A stretch of 64,000 nt of DNA from a virus, in the IMG/VR virus record IMGVR_UViG_3300009157_000001, positions 32,001 through 96,000 of that record. One strand, given 5' to 3'. This document shows, piece after piece, positions 1 through 10,867 of the stretch. The position numbers and the translations under genes were made by a program. Below the pieces are notes generated by a model that was not told where the DNA came from, did no database searches, and saw only the letters and a list, made by a program, of their open reading frames with translations. How positions within the stretch are numbered: the first letter of the stretch is position 1; each line of letters starts with the position of its first letter.

Positions 1-490
1 CAAGATCTGAGAAAACTTTAAAAAACTCATACCTAAATACATTTCCGGTGATGTAGTCATTCATTATTCTTACTTCATTCTCTAAGGTAGTCATGACTTT
101 TTTCACAACCTGCTTTGTAATCTTCAGAGTATCATAGCATTCTTTTACATGATCTTTCTCTGCATATATAAATCCGATCTGACCGGAGTCCCATCTATCT
201 CCAAATGGAGTAGTCCTTATGCTCTGACCACTGTGATCATACATATAGATAGGAAGGATAGCTACAGCTTTGAATTCTTTCTGGATGTGCTTCTCCATCT
301 CTTGCCAGTTCTGGAAATCCTGGAAGGAAAAGGGTACAGTATCTCCAAAATCATACCTATTATGGAAGATAGCCATCGTGCCCACATTCTCCCATTCCCG
401 AGGACTCCAGTAGTTCTCATCATGGTGTATTTCTAATAATTTATGTTCCCTGATTCTCAGGGACATGTAAGAATCCTTTTCTTCTACCAT
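1..490 (-). CDS. Conserved phage hypothetical protein (partial, runs off the window start)
   Basis: Not in the ORF track. Read manually from ATG at 490: MVEEKDSY...SPREWENVG...LPIYMYDHSG...WDSGQIGFIY, a motif set I recognise from phage hypothetical proteins. Confidence 0.7.
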   Translation of the reverse strand, partial: MVEEKDSYMSLRIREHKLLEIHHDENYWSPREWENVGTMAIFHNRYDFGDTVPFSFQDFQNWQEMEKHIQKEFKAVAILPIYMYDHSGQSIRTTPFGDRWDSGQIGFIYAEKDHVKECYDTLKITKQVVKKVMTTLENEVRIMNDYITGNVFRYEFFKVFSDL

Positions 491-579
491 ACCAGCTCTT
501 GTCTTTATATAACATAGATAATACCACAAGATATATATGGAAGAGCCAACCTATAAGACCGGCCCTTCTTCTATAGTCT

Positions 580-1446
580 TTATATTTGCTGTTCAGTGTT
601 TGAAAGTTGGTCATCTGTTACTTGTTCTGGATCTACTCCTGGGACATCAAATATACTTACTTGATTGGGATTTGCAATAGGTTCTCCTTCAGAATTTGCA
701 GGTTGTTCCGGAGTTAATCCTGTGGCAGTTTCTATACTAAAACTATCACATAGAAAATGGTGGATTAATCTTTGTTGATCTAACCAATAACTTGGATGAG
801 CTTTTCTTAGGGAATAAGTTATATGATTATACATAGTCCACAGAGAGTCCTTATCTGCATTATAATCATACTCCGGGGTATTAAACTGGTTCTTTACTAT
901 GTTAACCTGTTCACTGTTGAGATATCCATGCTCGAAGTAGATCCTGCCCATAAGTTCAGCTCTCAGTCTCTTATTCACAATTACTTCCTTCATGTTTGCC
1001 TTGTCTGATACTAGTTGTTTGTAATAGTCCTCGGCATTCATTATCTGGTGTTCTATTACTTTAATGGTGTCTTTATCTGCTTCTCCTACATGTCTACGGG
1101 CCCAGGACCCCATTGTTCCTGATATTACCCCATTCATGCAGCAAAATACATAGCCTCCAATTGCACACTTGAATCTTCTGCTCTTATCATAAGAATTAGA
1201 CCAGGCAAACATCATACCCATCTCAGGATCTCCGTCATACTTTAAATGATATACCCCTTGGGCCAGATCTCCTGCTTTTGCACATCTGTAAAGTTCTCTT
1301 TCAATAGCAAATCCTGCAGTTGCAAGTTGCTCTATGGTTCTGTCAATCACAAAACCGTGAGGGATGACAGTATAGGTTTCACTGCCCTCAGGTAGAGTGC
1401 AGGTCTTAATAAATTCTTTTGTTGCTGTTTGTGCTCTTGATGCCAT
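580..1446 (-). CDS. DUF932-like phage protein
   Basis: NSYDKS...GGYVFCCMNG and SLWTMYNHIT motifs; acidic tail containing QVSIF, a clamp-binding-like motif. Confidence 0.6.
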   Translation of the reverse strand: MASRAQTATKEFIKTCTLPEGSETYTVIPHGFVIDRTIEQLATAGFAIERELYRCAKAGDLAQGVYHLKYDGDPEMGMMFAWSNSYDKSRRFKCAIGGYVFCCMNGVISGTMGSWARRHVGEADKDTIKVIEHQIMNAEDYYKQLVSDKANMKEVIVNKRLRAELMGRIYFEHGYLNSEQVNIVKNQFNTPEYDYNADKDSLWTMYNHITYSLRKAHPSYWLDQQRLIHHFLCDSFSIETATGLTPEQPANSEGEPIANPNQVSIFDVPGVDPEQVTDDQLSNTEQQI

Positions 1447-1447
1447 A

Positions 1448-1693
1448 TTATTTTATACTAAGTAAGTTCATTATTATTCTGAATTCTAGTTCTGAACTAC
1501 ACTTTCCACAATAGAAGTTAGTACTCCAGATACTCCTTTCAACCATGTCTCTTATTTCTATTCTATCATTAGGATACAGATCCATGATATATCTTCCGGT
1601 ATATTCATCACCAAATCTGAATAAAGTTCCAGAATTATTAATTTCCTTCCAACCTTGTTCTTTGATAAGAGATATATTAAATTCTTTCATCAA
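1448..1693 (-). CDS. Hypothetical protein
   Basis: 81 aa ORF overlapping the polymerase stop and abutting the next gene. Confidence 0.6.
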   Translation of the reverse strand: MMKEFNISLIKEQGWKEINNSGTLFRFGDEYTGRYIMDLYPNDRIEIRDMVERSIWSTNFYCGKCSSELEFRIIMNLLSIK

Positions 1694-3603
1694 AAGAGAG
1701 TTAATTGATTACTTACAGGAGGCATTATATTCTCTATCTCATTATAGATAGCCTCCAGGTAATAGTCTTCATTAATATCATAGTTTTCCCAGTTCTTACT
1801 TTCATACTTATTAAATACAGTCTGTAGCCATTTGCCACTTTCCAGTTGAATCTGCCTGGTATCTGTTTTACAGGCTTTGATGATCTTACATCCTTTATTT
1901 GATACATAATACCTTAGAGTACTCTGAAGATCCTCATAGACCACCTGACCATCTATTACACAGGTTTGCTGGAATTTCCAGTCTCCTTTGATTCTTACAC
2001 CTGCACAGTAATCATAGATATTTCTATTAGTCTTGAGATAGTCCTCCGGAGAGGTACCATTAACAAAGAACTCATAGAGACCTTTGGATACTATAAGATG
2101 ACTCTTATTCTTATGTAGAGGAAGATCCTCAAATTCAAACATTCCCTTACACTTGGTCTTTGCAGTACCTTTATAAATTGCCAGATAGTTATTTACATCC
2201 CGAAGGACTATCTTACTATACTCATCATGTTCAAGTCCTAGTTTAGTTAGATCCTCCCACTCTTTACATATTTCCATGTAAGCTTCTTTCTTCTCTTCAG
2301 GGATCATTATTTCCAAACCATCTGTATTAAGTATCAGTAGAGTAGACTCTGGTATTCTTGTAGATACCATCACATAAAGCATACAAAGAAGCATCTGACC
2401 ATTTACAGTTATTTGCATCCCAAATTGAGGATCATAGAGAAATGAGTTCTCATCTATACTAAGTCCAAAAGTTGAGTTGAGAATGATCTTATACACATAG
2501 TTCCTGGGGTCTTTCTTTGGAATCTTCTTTCTTTCCTCAAAGAACCATTCATACAGATCACAGAAATCTTTTACAGGCAAATGAGCCGGGGCCCACTTGT
2601 TCTTTATGGCAAGATTAGGATAGAAACTAGTAACATCCGAGGTCATGATTGTAGTACCTTCCTTAGCTTCATATACCCCCTCAGATCTAGCACCATGAAT
2701 TCCTCCCAGGCCAAAGTCTATCTTTACTCCCTTATGTTTTACAGAATACTTAAATCCTCCTTTTGTCTGAAGAGGGGTAATTACCACTTTTTTAAACTCA
2801 TCAAGAACTCCTTGAAATAAGGGTTCAGAGAAGTTTATTGCAGGAAGAAGTATATCAGATATTTTTATACTTTCTCTTATTGTCCTTAATGCTCTCAGAT
2901 CCCACTTGTTAGTTCCGGTCTTCTCACTTAAAAAGAGTAGGAACAGCTCCCGGGATATCTTAGGCTCAGATGCACTATATAGATTAATATTGTATTCTTT
3001 ACTCAGATCTCTTCTTAGTTTTATCTGATCCTTGCTTTTCTCCATTATCCTCTTGGTAGAGCTTACATCATTCCAACAATAATCTACAACAGTATCCAGG
3101 TCTTGCCAGGAGGTTATAGGTTTATAGTGAGGAATGGGCATCTCCTGAATATTCTCCCAGTCCATTGAATACTGGATCCATTTCAGGGAGCTTCTCTTAG
3201 CCGCATTATCCCAGTGATTTAGTTTAAATACATCAATATGCCTTATAGATAGATGTCTTTCTGAGAACTCAGGAAAACTCCTGATATCATTCTGCACCAT
3301 GATAATAGTCTGAGCTTTATCATATACCTCAGCTGCTATCCTTTCTGGAGGTAATTCCTGAAGTCTCTTATGATCCTTTATTATAAACTGTAGTATCTGG
3401 GAGTCAAATGCTAGTCCATTAAAGGCAACAAGCCATCTCCTGCTCTTTTTAAGATCCATAAGGAACTCCACCAGAGCATTAAAATCATTTCTTAAGTGGC
3501 ATACTACAAACTCTTTTCTCTCATTTGACTTATAGTCCTCAAAGCAGAAGACTGAGGTATTTACCATAGTCTCAATATCATACACGAAATTTGTGTCTAG
3601 CAT
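1690..3603 (-). CDS. polB: Family B DNA polymerase (crAss-like type)
   Basis: Exonuclease motifs YDIET, FNGLAFD and YCWNDV; polymerase motifs DVTSFYP, KIILNSTFG and NTDG; C-terminal QLTLF clamp-binding motif. Confidence 0.93.
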   Translation of the reverse strand: MLDTNFVYDIETMVNTSVFCFEDYKSNERKEFVVCHLRNDFNALVEFLMDLKKSRRWLVAFNGLAFDSQILQFIIKDHKRLQELPPERIAAEVYDKAQTIIMVQNDIRSFPEFSERHLSIRHIDVFKLNHWDNAAKRSSLKWIQYSMDWENIQEMPIPHYKPITSWQDLDTVVDYCWNDVSSTKRIMEKSKDQIKLRRDLSKEYNINLYSASEPKISRELFLLFLSEKTGTNKWDLRALRTIRESIKISDILLPAINFSEPLFQGVLDEFKKVVITPLQTKGGFKYSVKHKGVKIDFGLGGIHGARSEGVYEAKEGTTIMTSDVTSFYPNLAIKNKWAPAHLPVKDFCDLYEWFFEERKKIPKKDPRNYVYKIILNSTFGLSIDENSFLYDPQFGMQITVNGQMLLCMLYVMVSTRIPESTLLILNTDGLEIMIPEEKKEAYMEICKEWEDLTKLGLEHDEYSKIVLRDVNNYLAIYKGTAKTKCKGMFEFEDLPLHKNKSHLIVSKGLYEFFVNGTSPEDYLKTNRNIYDYCAGVRIKGDWKFQQTCVIDGQVVYEDLQSTLRYYVSNKGCKIIKACKTDTRQIQLESGKWLQTVFNKYESKNWENYDINEDYYLEAIYNEIENIMPPVSNQLTLF

Positions 3604-3612
3604 GGTCTTAAG

Positions 3613-3644
3613 ATAAAAAGACCCGGGAGTTTCCTCCCAGGTCC
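3613..3644 (-). terminator. Intrinsic terminator
   Basis: Minus strand GACCTGGGAG-GAAA-CTCCCGGGTC hairpin followed by TTTTTAT. Confidence 0.7.
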
Positions 3645-3665
3645 TTGTATATGTTATTACTGTCT

Positions 3666-4064
3666 TTAGGACTTCACTGCTTCCAGTGTCTGAACTACCT
3701 GCACCTCTGTAAGGTGAGATAGATAATCAAACTCAGAAGCATTAAAGGCCATTAATTCCACAACAGTCTTAATATCCTCTTTATTTTCAATGTAGTACTC
3801 AGTAAAAGTCTCAATTGCTTTTCTCTCTTGTTTTACTGACTTGCCTCCTTTTATGATTACAGGTTTTCCCTCATCATTAAGTTTTGGGATCATGTGCATA
3901 GTAGTCTTCATTGTCTTTCCAATGATCACGAATACTTTGCTCTCCGGGTCATAGAATCCTTCTACATAGGGGCAATCTAAGGTTACCGGAATCATCTTAA
4001 ATGTCTTTTTCTCGTTCCAGACTGAATTAATAAGGAGCATTGTAGCCCCCTCAAGTTTACTCAT
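3666..4064 (-). CDS. Hypothetical protein
   Basis: 132 aa ORF in the replication operon. Confidence 0.7.
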   Translation of the reverse strand: MSKLEGATMLLINSVWNEKKTFKMIPVTLDCPYVEGFYDPESKVFVIIGKTMKTTMHMIPKLNDEGKPVIIKGGKSVKQERKAIETFTEYYIENKEDIKTVVELMAFNASEFDYLSHLTEVQVVQTLEAVKS

Positions 4065-4085
4065 AGAGATGTTGGTTTTTGGTTC

Positions 4086-4655
4086 TCACAAATTTACTGC
4101 ATTATCCTTAATTTCCAAATTCCTTATCTCAATTTTTAATGTTTCTTTCTCCATATCGGGCTTACCACACAATTCTCCTACTTCCTGTAAGACTTTCTTC
4201 TGCACCCCCAGTAAATTTGAGTATATGTCAAAATACCTGTCAGGGTGAAGGAAGCTCTCCACATAAACATAATCATTCCTACTTTTTAGGTAGAACTCTT
4301 TAATCTTCTTCTTTAACTCAGGAGATAGTTTTGAGTACCGACCCCTCATAAACTTATCCCAGTCACTACCGTACTCTTTAAGATCAAAAATATAGACTCC
4401 TTTGTTATCCTCTGTCATCTTGAAATCATGAAAGAGTCTGTTTCCCAGGAGTTTGGTTTTCTCAAAGTTAATGAACTCTTGGTCTTTTCTTAGATGATAA
4501 AGACATACTAACTTTCTATCTTCTTGCTTTATCTTACCTTCCCAACAGGTAAAGATTTGGATGGGAGAATTACTCCCTCCTCTTTTTGTTCCAATTATAG
4601 GGAACAAAAACACTCCAGACTTCTGAAAATAATCCGAATATAAGGACTTAATCAT
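4086..4655 (-). CDS. Conserved phage hypothetical protein
   Basis: 189 aa ORF tightly packed between the exonuclease and 3666-4064. Confidence 0.7.
   Translation of the reverse strand: MIKSLYSDYFQKSGVFLFPIIGTKRGGSNSPIQIFTCWEGKIKQEDRKLVCLYHLRKDQEFINFEKTKLLGNRLFHDFKMTEDNKGVYIFDLKEYGSDWDKFMRGRYSKLSPELKKKIKEFYLKSRNDYVYVESFLHPDRYFDIYSNLLGVQKKVLQEVGELCGKPDMEKETLKIEIRNLEIKDNAVNL
4089..4096 (-). promoter_or_regulatory. Bacteroidota-type -7 promoter box TAAATTTG
   Basis: Matches TAnnTTTG, 25 nt upstream of the ATG at 4064. Confidence 0.5.
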
Positions 4656-4657
4656 AC

Positions 4658-5665
4658 TTACAAATATACTCCTTCCTTGATAAATCTATAAGGAAGTTTA
4701 TAATTTCTGGACTCATAATGGTATTTTGCTGCTTCTAATAGATGAGTCAATCGGAGCTCCCACTTAGTTACTGTCTCAGGACTTACCAGGAAAGGATAGA
4801 CTTGATTATACTTGTCTATTACTACAAATCTGAACTCTACTTTATAATCATCCGGGTTTCCTGTACAGTACTTTGCCAGCATCATATAAACCACAGATTG
4901 TATACAGTAGTTAAAATACTCCACAGATTCTGGGAAATCTACCAAAGACTTACCAGTCTTCTTCAGATCATTTATCTTAATAGTCTTATTCTCATGATCT
5001 ATAACACAGTTATCTATAATCCCTTTTAGTCCAAATGGATAATCAGTAAGATCCATTTGAGAGAGACTCTCATTGATTATGATAAGACTTTTAGTTGACT
5101 CACTGTCTAATTTAAGAAGATCCACAACTGCTTCATTTTCTTTAACTACAGATACAGACTCCTCACACCTCTCCATTATTTCAGCATCCAGGATAATCTT
5201 CCTTTCACTTTTCTTCAAGAAATCAAAGTATACCTCTGAATCCTGGGTTATTATCTTATCAAGTCTTTGTTTATCTGTCTTAAGTGATTGGTGCAGGTTC
5301 ATTTGTAGGAGCATCTCAAGGATCTCTGGCTCATATCCTGCCAGACTATCTCTCTGAGAACCTATTATTTCTAACTCCTGCTTATATTTGAAATAAACTG
5401 AATCAATTACCTTCTTTGTATTTTCACTTGGTACCGATCCCTGCATTATTATAAACTGCTTATCAAAACTCTTATCATCCAGGAGCTTACAGTGAATCAC
5501 TTTACCTTCAACAAGGTGGGATTCTGTAGACTCCTCCTTTTTCCTAAGGATGTAATCCTTATAAAATAGGTTTGGGGCATAATTAAGCCTACTCAATGAT
5601 GAGTAGCTAAAATAAAAAGGCTTGGAATAGAACTCTTCTTCCAGGGCCACTATGTTATCATTCAT
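4658..5665 (-). CDS. PD-(D/E)XK exonuclease (RecE/Cas4-like)
   Basis: N-terminal FSYSSLS, GKVIH, LKGIID...INDLK, Q...Y; probable start MNDNIV at 5665. Confidence 0.8.
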   Translation of the reverse strand: MNDNIVALEEEFYSKPFYFSYSSLSRLNYAPNLFYKDYILRKKEESTESHLVEGKVIHCKLLDDKSFDKQFIIMQGSVPSENTKKVIDSVYFKYKQELEIIGSQRDSLAGYEPEILEMLLQMNLHQSLKTDKQRLDKIITQDSEVYFDFLKKSERKIILDAEIMERCEESVSVVKENEAVVDLLKLDSESTKSLIIINESLSQMDLTDYPFGLKGIIDNCVIDHENKTIKINDLKKTGKSLVDFPESVEYFNYCIQSVVYMMLAKYCTGNPDDYKVEFRFVVIDKYNQVYPFLVSPETVTKWELRLTHLLEAAKYHYESRNYKLPYRFIKEGVYL

Positions 5666-6752
5666 CGTGTTCCTCCTCTTCTGGTTCTGGAATCCTTTCT
5701 TCAAGAATATGCTCTAGCTCTTCATCCTCCCGGTCAACCACATCTGAAAGCACCTCACTTGTTGGAACTACTGACTTGACTCTAAAGCTATTTTCTCTAA
5801 TATCATTCTGAATTTCCTCTGCTACTATACCCATAACAGTTCTCAGAACCTCTTTGGTCAGAAGCTTCTTCTTTCTTAGTATAGAAATAATCCTATCTGA
5901 ATTAATCCTGTGAATTTCTCCTTTAATATCCAAAAACTCTATGAGAGCCTTAAAATTCACATGGTGCCGGGTATTACAGTCATATATAGGATTGCCATAT
6001 TCCTTGAATAGTAGAAGTAGCCAGATACAAGACTTCTCATAATCAGAATTAGTCATGATTTCCAGAGCTATCACATGATTATCTTTATCATCACTACTTA
6101 GCATAGTCTTAATTTCATCATACATCTCCCTGGTCATAACATTTGTGTTGATAGACTTGAGAATATCATTTTGATGAAAGTATCTACCTTCAGGATCCAG
6201 ATACTCAAGGAACTTCTCCAAGGTTCCTTTCTCTTGTTTAAAGAACTCGTAAAGATCATAGGTCTGTTCCATCTCAATACTTAAGGTCTCATCTATTATA
6301 CAACTATCTGTGGAACCTGTAAGTATAAAGGAGGAGTCAAGTTGTTTAATTACTCCCCTATGTTTCATATGATTAATAGTACCTTCTCCAAAGAATTTGG
6401 AAATAAACTGATTGTATATGTCCACTGGTACTTGATACTCATAGGAGTTTTGTATAAACCCTTCCAGGTACTTATCTATCCCAAAGATAGCATTAGCCTT
6501 GTCAGGATCTCTTACTACACTAACTTTGTACTTTTCACAGTAATCTTTTATCTTAAATCTGGGTACAGTACAATCAGGCAAGAAGTGAATTTTATCTCCT
6601 TCTTTTGGTGTATATCCTGACTTAAACTTAAATTCTTGTTTCTTACCCGTATAGAGAAGTTTAATCCCACCTTCTACAGTCTTCTCCTCCTGATCAATAT
6701 CATCAACAACATAGACTCTTTGAAAATCACTCAGTTTTAACATATTGAGCAA
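5658..6752 (-). CDS. BRCT-like domain protein, paralog of 6727-7779
   Basis: GDKIHFLPDC...VVRDPDKANAIF aligns with GDKVFILPGS...RVTDIEKATLII of its neighbour; also carries the shared helical motif MYDEIKTMLSSDDKDNHVIA. Confidence 0.55.
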   Translation of the reverse strand: MLNMLKLSDFQRVYVVDDIDQEEKTVEGGIKLLYTGKKQEFKFKSGYTPKEGDKIHFLPDCTVPRFKIKDYCEKYKVSVVRDPDKANAIFGIDKYLEGFIQNSYEYQVPVDIYNQFISKFFGEGTINHMKHRGVIKQLDSSFILTGSTDSCIIDETLSIEMEQTYDLYEFFKQEKGTLEKFLEYLDPEGRYFHQNDILKSINTNVMTREMYDEIKTMLSSDDKDNHVIALEIMTNSDYEKSCIWLLLLFKEYGNPIYDCNTRHHVNFKALIEFLDIKGEIHRINSDRIISILRKKKLLTKEVLRTVMGIVAEEIQNDIRENSFRVKSVVPTSEVLSDVVDREDEELEHILEERIPEPEEEEHDE

Positions 6753-7779
6753 ACTTTTGGTTTATTGTTAGTTTCACATTATAGAACTTGTTCTCGGATC
6801 TCTCTTTGATCTCCTCTATTATTTCACCAGAGAGCTTAGAGAAGAGCTCAGTAGTGAGAAGTTTCTCATCACATAGATATTCTGCAAAGTTTTCCTCATC
6901 TAATTTCGAGAGCTGCCAGATATCTACTTTTCTTAAAAAAGCCTTTCCTATCTTGTCTCTTACTGAATAAGTAATTATTCCTGGAATACCATGTTCCGTA
7001 GATAGTTTCCATATATAATACATAGACTTTCTAACATCGCACTGCCAGAGGATATGTTTAGCTACCAGATGATCTGCTTCACTTTTGCTTTTAAACATAG
7101 CTCTTACAGATTCATAGGAGTTCTCATCCAGGACAGTTGACAAGATATTGTTTTCCATCACTGCTCTATCCAGAACTATAGGTACTTTATGAATAAGCAC
7201 TCTCTCAAGTACTTTAAGTCCCAGGGGACGTACTCCCCATACAGTATCACTCAAATAGTTACCTACTCTGGTGTGGTTCCACAGCCGTCCTGAGGAATCT
7301 ATTCTTGCTATCTTAGCTCCTTCTTGTGACAGCAGATAGTCTCGGGCGGTTCCTTTGATCTCAAACTGGTAACTTCTTTTAATTAATTCAATATCCCCGG
7401 ATCTGTAGCTACCCACAAGAGTAAAGGCCAGACAGGTCATCCTTGGCTCAGTACACCTATGTAAGATACTTCCATTACTTATTATAAGAGTTGCCTTCTC
7501 AATATCAGTTACTCTGGATGCACCTAGTTTTTTAAGTTGCTCTCTATAGTCTCTTTCTATAAACTGACTTCCCGGAAGTATGAATACTTTATCACCACTT
7601 ACTATCTTTCGGGTACCATCTCCATGAAGAGATTTCTCTATGGTTATATACCCTTCTTTATTTGTCTGGTAAACTGTATTTATCTTTTTATCCTTACCTG
7701 ATCCTTGTATAAAATACTTAGGTACAAGGTCAAGGTAAGGGGAGAGAGTCTCCTCTCTCCCTTCTTTAACTTCTGTCAT
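6727..7779 (-). CDS. BRCT-like domain protein, paralog of 5658-6752
   Basis: Same architecture as its neighbour; motif SYESVRAMFKSKSEADHLVAKHIL. Confidence 0.55.
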   Translation of the reverse strand: MTEVKEGREETLSPYLDLVPKYFIQGSGKDKKINTVYQTNKEGYITIEKSLHGDGTRKIVSGDKVFILPGSQFIERDYREQLKKLGASRVTDIEKATLIISNGSILHRCTEPRMTCLAFTLVGSYRSGDIELIKRSYQFEIKGTARDYLLSQEGAKIARIDSSGRLWNHTRVGNYLSDTVWGVRPLGLKVLERVLIHKVPIVLDRAVMENNILSTVLDENSYESVRAMFKSKSEADHLVAKHILWQCDVRKSMYYIWKLSTEHGIPGIITYSVRDKIGKAFLRKVDIWQLSKLDEENFAEYLCDEKLLTTELFSKLSGEIIEEIKERSENKFYNVKLTINQKFAQYVKTE

Positions 7780-9116
7780 TTTACTGCCATCTCTACCACC
7801 TTTTTATCGGTCATCAATTTTTGCCATTTTTGCTTATTTCCATTAAGCAGAGTTTTAATCATATGATAGTTCAGATCATCAGTAAAGATATCAGGGTCTG
7901 TTACCAGTCTTACAACTCTCTTACTCACTGCATCACTGATTGAGTTCTTCTCTGCATAAGTCAAAGAGTAGTTCATAACCCTGGTTGCCAGGATCGATGC
8001 TATGTCTGCCCTGTACTCAGTTTTGGTACCTATACATGACCTGAGTTCTCCTATAATATAAGTTTCATTCTCATGTAAAAGAATATCCTCAGGCTTCACC
8101 AATTTGTCTAACTTATTATTAATAAACAAGGTAAACATCTGGGTAAACTCCTGACCAACAGAACCTTCTCCTAATTGAGAGATCCTGGACAAGTCCTTCT
8201 GGAAATCTTGTATAGAAAAGATAGAATTGAAGAAGTTGGTAATACTTCTGGGATTTACTTCTTCTTTAACCAATTCCGGGTGTAGTAACAGAAAGTTAAT
8301 ACACCTACCATCAATCCCTTCTCTTTCTGCCCACTCTGCCCAACATTTTATATCAAAGACCAGATTCAGTCTTGTATACCGGGTCTTTTGAGCAATATCC
8401 ATGCTGTTGACCAAGTAGTTTCCTGAGTCAGGATTGGATGAAAGGATTATATGCCAGTCTTTAGGTAACTTCCAGGATACATACTCTTGCTGGTCAATGA
8501 TGTCCATACATGCTTGAATCATACGGACATCGGCCCGGGTATAGTCATCAATAAGGAAGATATATCCTTCTCCTTTGTCTGCAACCCAAGGAGGGGGACA
8601 GTAGTCCATTCTTTTATTACCAGTAAAGGTGTATCCGAGTTTAATGTACTCTCCAAGAGCATGTTCATCAACCCAAATACAATCAGAAGATGCTTCTATT
8701 ACTTCTACTTTTGCAACAGCAGTCTCTTCTTTTGGTACCTCTTGTTGTACAACAGGAACCTGGACAAGCTTTCCATCAATGAGCCGGGCAACAGTTTTGG
8801 CTGCGGGTTTAATAGGAACACTCTTTACTTCTTTCTTTTCAGATACTATACCTGCTTCTTTACACATCTGGAACTGCCTGATAGGAAAACCACACAAGTC
8901 TCCCAGCTCCTCCAATTGACTTAGAGAGAGCTTCTGGAAATTAAGGTTCATTTCCTGAGCTATTTGTTTTATGCACGAAGTCTTTCCAAGACCTGCCGTA
9001 CCCTCAACCTCAAAAGTTATGGGCTTCTTTCCTCTTTCTTGCAAGAACCTATTGTTCTCTACATTATACTTTATTAGCTCCTTGAGCTCCTTGATGTTAA
9101 GTGTTACTTGACTCAT
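7776..9116 (-). CDS. MoxR-like AAA+ ATPase
   Basis: Walker A GTAGLGKT, Walker B FLIDDYTRA, sensor-1 SSNP, arginine finger QKTR, NPRS; adjacent to a vWA gene. Confidence 0.85.
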   Translation of the reverse strand: MSQVTLNIKELKELIKYNVENNRFLQERGKKPITFEVEGTAGLGKTSCIKQIAQEMNLNFQKLSLSQLEELGDLCGFPIRQFQMCKEAGIVSEKKEVKSVPIKPAAKTVARLIDGKLVQVPVVQQEVPKEETAVAKVEVIEASSDCIWVDEHALGEYIKLGYTFTGNKRMDYCPPPWVADKGEGYIFLIDDYTRADVRMIQACMDIIDQQEYVSWKLPKDWHIILSSNPDSGNYLVNSMDIAQKTRYTRLNLVFDIKCWAEWAEREGIDGRCINFLLLHPELVKEEVNPRSITNFFNSIFSIQDFQKDLSRISQLGEGSVGQEFTQMFTLFINNKLDKLVKPEDILLHENETYIIGELRSCIGTKTEYRADIASILATRVMNYSLTYAEKNSISDAVSKRVVRLVTDPDIFTDDLNYHMIKTLLNGNKQKWQKLMTDKKVVEMAVK

Positions 9117-9134
9117 AGTTTAGTAAAGTGGTTA

Positions 9135-10445
9135 TTAATTAAGTTTAATGGTATGGCCTGGAAGGTGCTTATGATCCTTGGACTTTGTTGAGAGAACCCA
9201 AAGAATTCTTCCTAAGGGCTTTTCTGGAGCAGGTGCTTCACCATCTGTAAGAAATATACAACAGGTATACTTTCTTCTCTGCTCGTTGTAATACTGACAG
9301 AGAGGAGAGAAGTCGGTACCCCCTCTTCCTACAATTTTGATATCCTGATCTCTTCTATAAAGACTAATATCACTTATTGCAGCATCTGTCTGAGCCACTG
9401 TGACTTCAGCACCAGTTCTATGGATATGATCTATCTCTTTAAAGAACTCTACCAGTTCATCATTAGAGACTGATCCGGACGTGTCCACGGCAACCAGAAT
9501 ATGCTTCTTAGGCTTGATCTTAAGGCCCGGGTTATCCTCAAACCTCTTGTTGAACTTTCTCCTGAGCTTCTTTGTATAAACCCGGGTAGATCCTCCTGCA
9601 AAACGCCTAAGATACCCTCTCCAGTCAAATTTAGGAGGCTCCGGATTTTGAAGAGCTTTAATATAATCACTCATCTCTCCAGGAACAGTCCCCCTGCTCT
9701 TCTCTACCTGCTCAGCAACAGCTTTTAACTGGTAGTCAAGTTGAGACTTAAGTAACCTCTTTGTTGCATCATCCAGTCCTTCAAACTCACTCCAATCATG
9801 ATCACAAGGACCAGGTACTCCATCTTTCAGATCTTTTATAAGATCTCTAAGATTAGAATGACCCGGAGACTGTTTCTTTGACTTAGCCTCTTTTAATAAC
9901 TTGTCATAGTAGTAATCAGCTCCTCTTTTTAATTCCAGGTTAAGATCTTTGAAATCTTCAATGTATACTCCTCTTGGAGGAATATCCTTGCAGGCATTCA
10001 TATAATCTTCCCGGGTTATCTGTTTAGATAAGAACTTTACTTTTAGGCCTTCTACAATAGGATTCCACTTAGCATCAAACTGCTCTTTGGTCACATCTTT
10101 TGCAGGAAGATACAGATCTTCTATGTACTGATTCACACAGATATCAATTGCTATAGCATAGACTTCTTTCTCAGGATACTTACCACTCATACCCATTTCT
10201 ATATGAAAGAAGCATATATGCAAAAGCTCGTGCTTGAGAATTCCGGTTTTCCATGGATCCAGAAGTCTATCCCAGAAGCCCTCTCCGATAGTAAGCTGGT
10301 AGTTTATACCATTCTTACTTACTCCTGCAGTAGGAAAAGTGGAATGCCAGACTTTGTTTAAACCTATGAGAAAAAGCCCCCAAAAGGGCTCTTTCAACAT
10401 AAGGGTTTTACTAGCCTTAGCCAGGGATTCACTTCTGCTTCTCAT
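9135..10445 (-). CDS. Metallopeptidase-like + vWA domain protein (DUF2201-like)
   Basis: HELLH zinc motif, MIDAS DTSGS, GRGGTDF, LTDG. Confidence 0.88.
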   Translation of the reverse strand: MRSRSESLAKASKTLMLKEPFWGLFLIGLNKVWHSTFPTAGVSKNGINYQLTIGEGFWDRLLDPWKTGILKHELLHICFFHIEMGMSGKYPEKEVYAIAIDICVNQYIEDLYLPAKDVTKEQFDAKWNPIVEGLKVKFLSKQITREDYMNACKDIPPRGVYIEDFKDLNLELKRGADYYYDKLLKEAKSKKQSPGHSNLRDLIKDLKDGVPGPCDHDWSEFEGLDDATKRLLKSQLDYQLKAVAEQVEKSRGTVPGEMSDYIKALQNPEPPKFDWRGYLRRFAGGSTRVYTKKLRRKFNKRFEDNPGLKIKPKKHILVAVDTSGSVSNDELVEFFKEIDHIHRTGAEVTVAQTDAAISDISLYRRDQDIKIVGRGGTDFSPLCQYYNEQRRKYTCCIFLTDGEAPAPEKPLGRILWVLSTKSKDHKHLPGHTIKLN

Positions 10446-10866
10446 CTTCTTTCAGTGTTATTTTTATATCTACTTTCTCAATAAAATCATACCCCCATTC
10501 CAGGAGATTATCTTTCACTTTGATAGCAAACTCATCAAACATAAAAGCAACCTGTTCAATAGGATATCCATTCTTTCCCAGAATAGTTATAATTTTATTC
10601 CAGGTGGGGTTATCATCCCCTTTTATCCCAAGACCTTCTACTTTTTTCAGAGTGTTTGGAGCATTCTCTTTCCATAAGGAAGCACCAAGCTCAGACTTTT
10701 TGTGAAGAAGTAGGATTGGTCCAATAGAGTTCTTAAAATCACAGTTCTCAATCGACTGAAGACCTACTACTTTGTCTTCCTGATTTGAGGAGATGAGAAG
10801 TTGAAGTATCCCATCAAAGTTGCTTGAGTTAATTACTACCTTTTCAGTTGTTGTTTTTGTTGCCAT
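10429..10866 (-). CDS. Hypothetical protein carrying the shared helical motif
   Basis: NFDGILQLLISSNQEDKVVGLQSIENCDF resembles the C-terminal domain of 5658-6752 and 6727-7779. Confidence 0.65.
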   Translation of the reverse strand: MATKTTTEKVVINSSNFDGILQLLISSNQEDKVVGLQSIENCDFKNSIGPILLLHKKSELGASLWKENAPNTLKKVEGLGIKGDDNPTWNKIITILGKNGYPIEQVAFMFDEFAIKVKDNLLEWGYDFIEKVDIKITLKEDEKQK

Positions 10867-10867
10867 A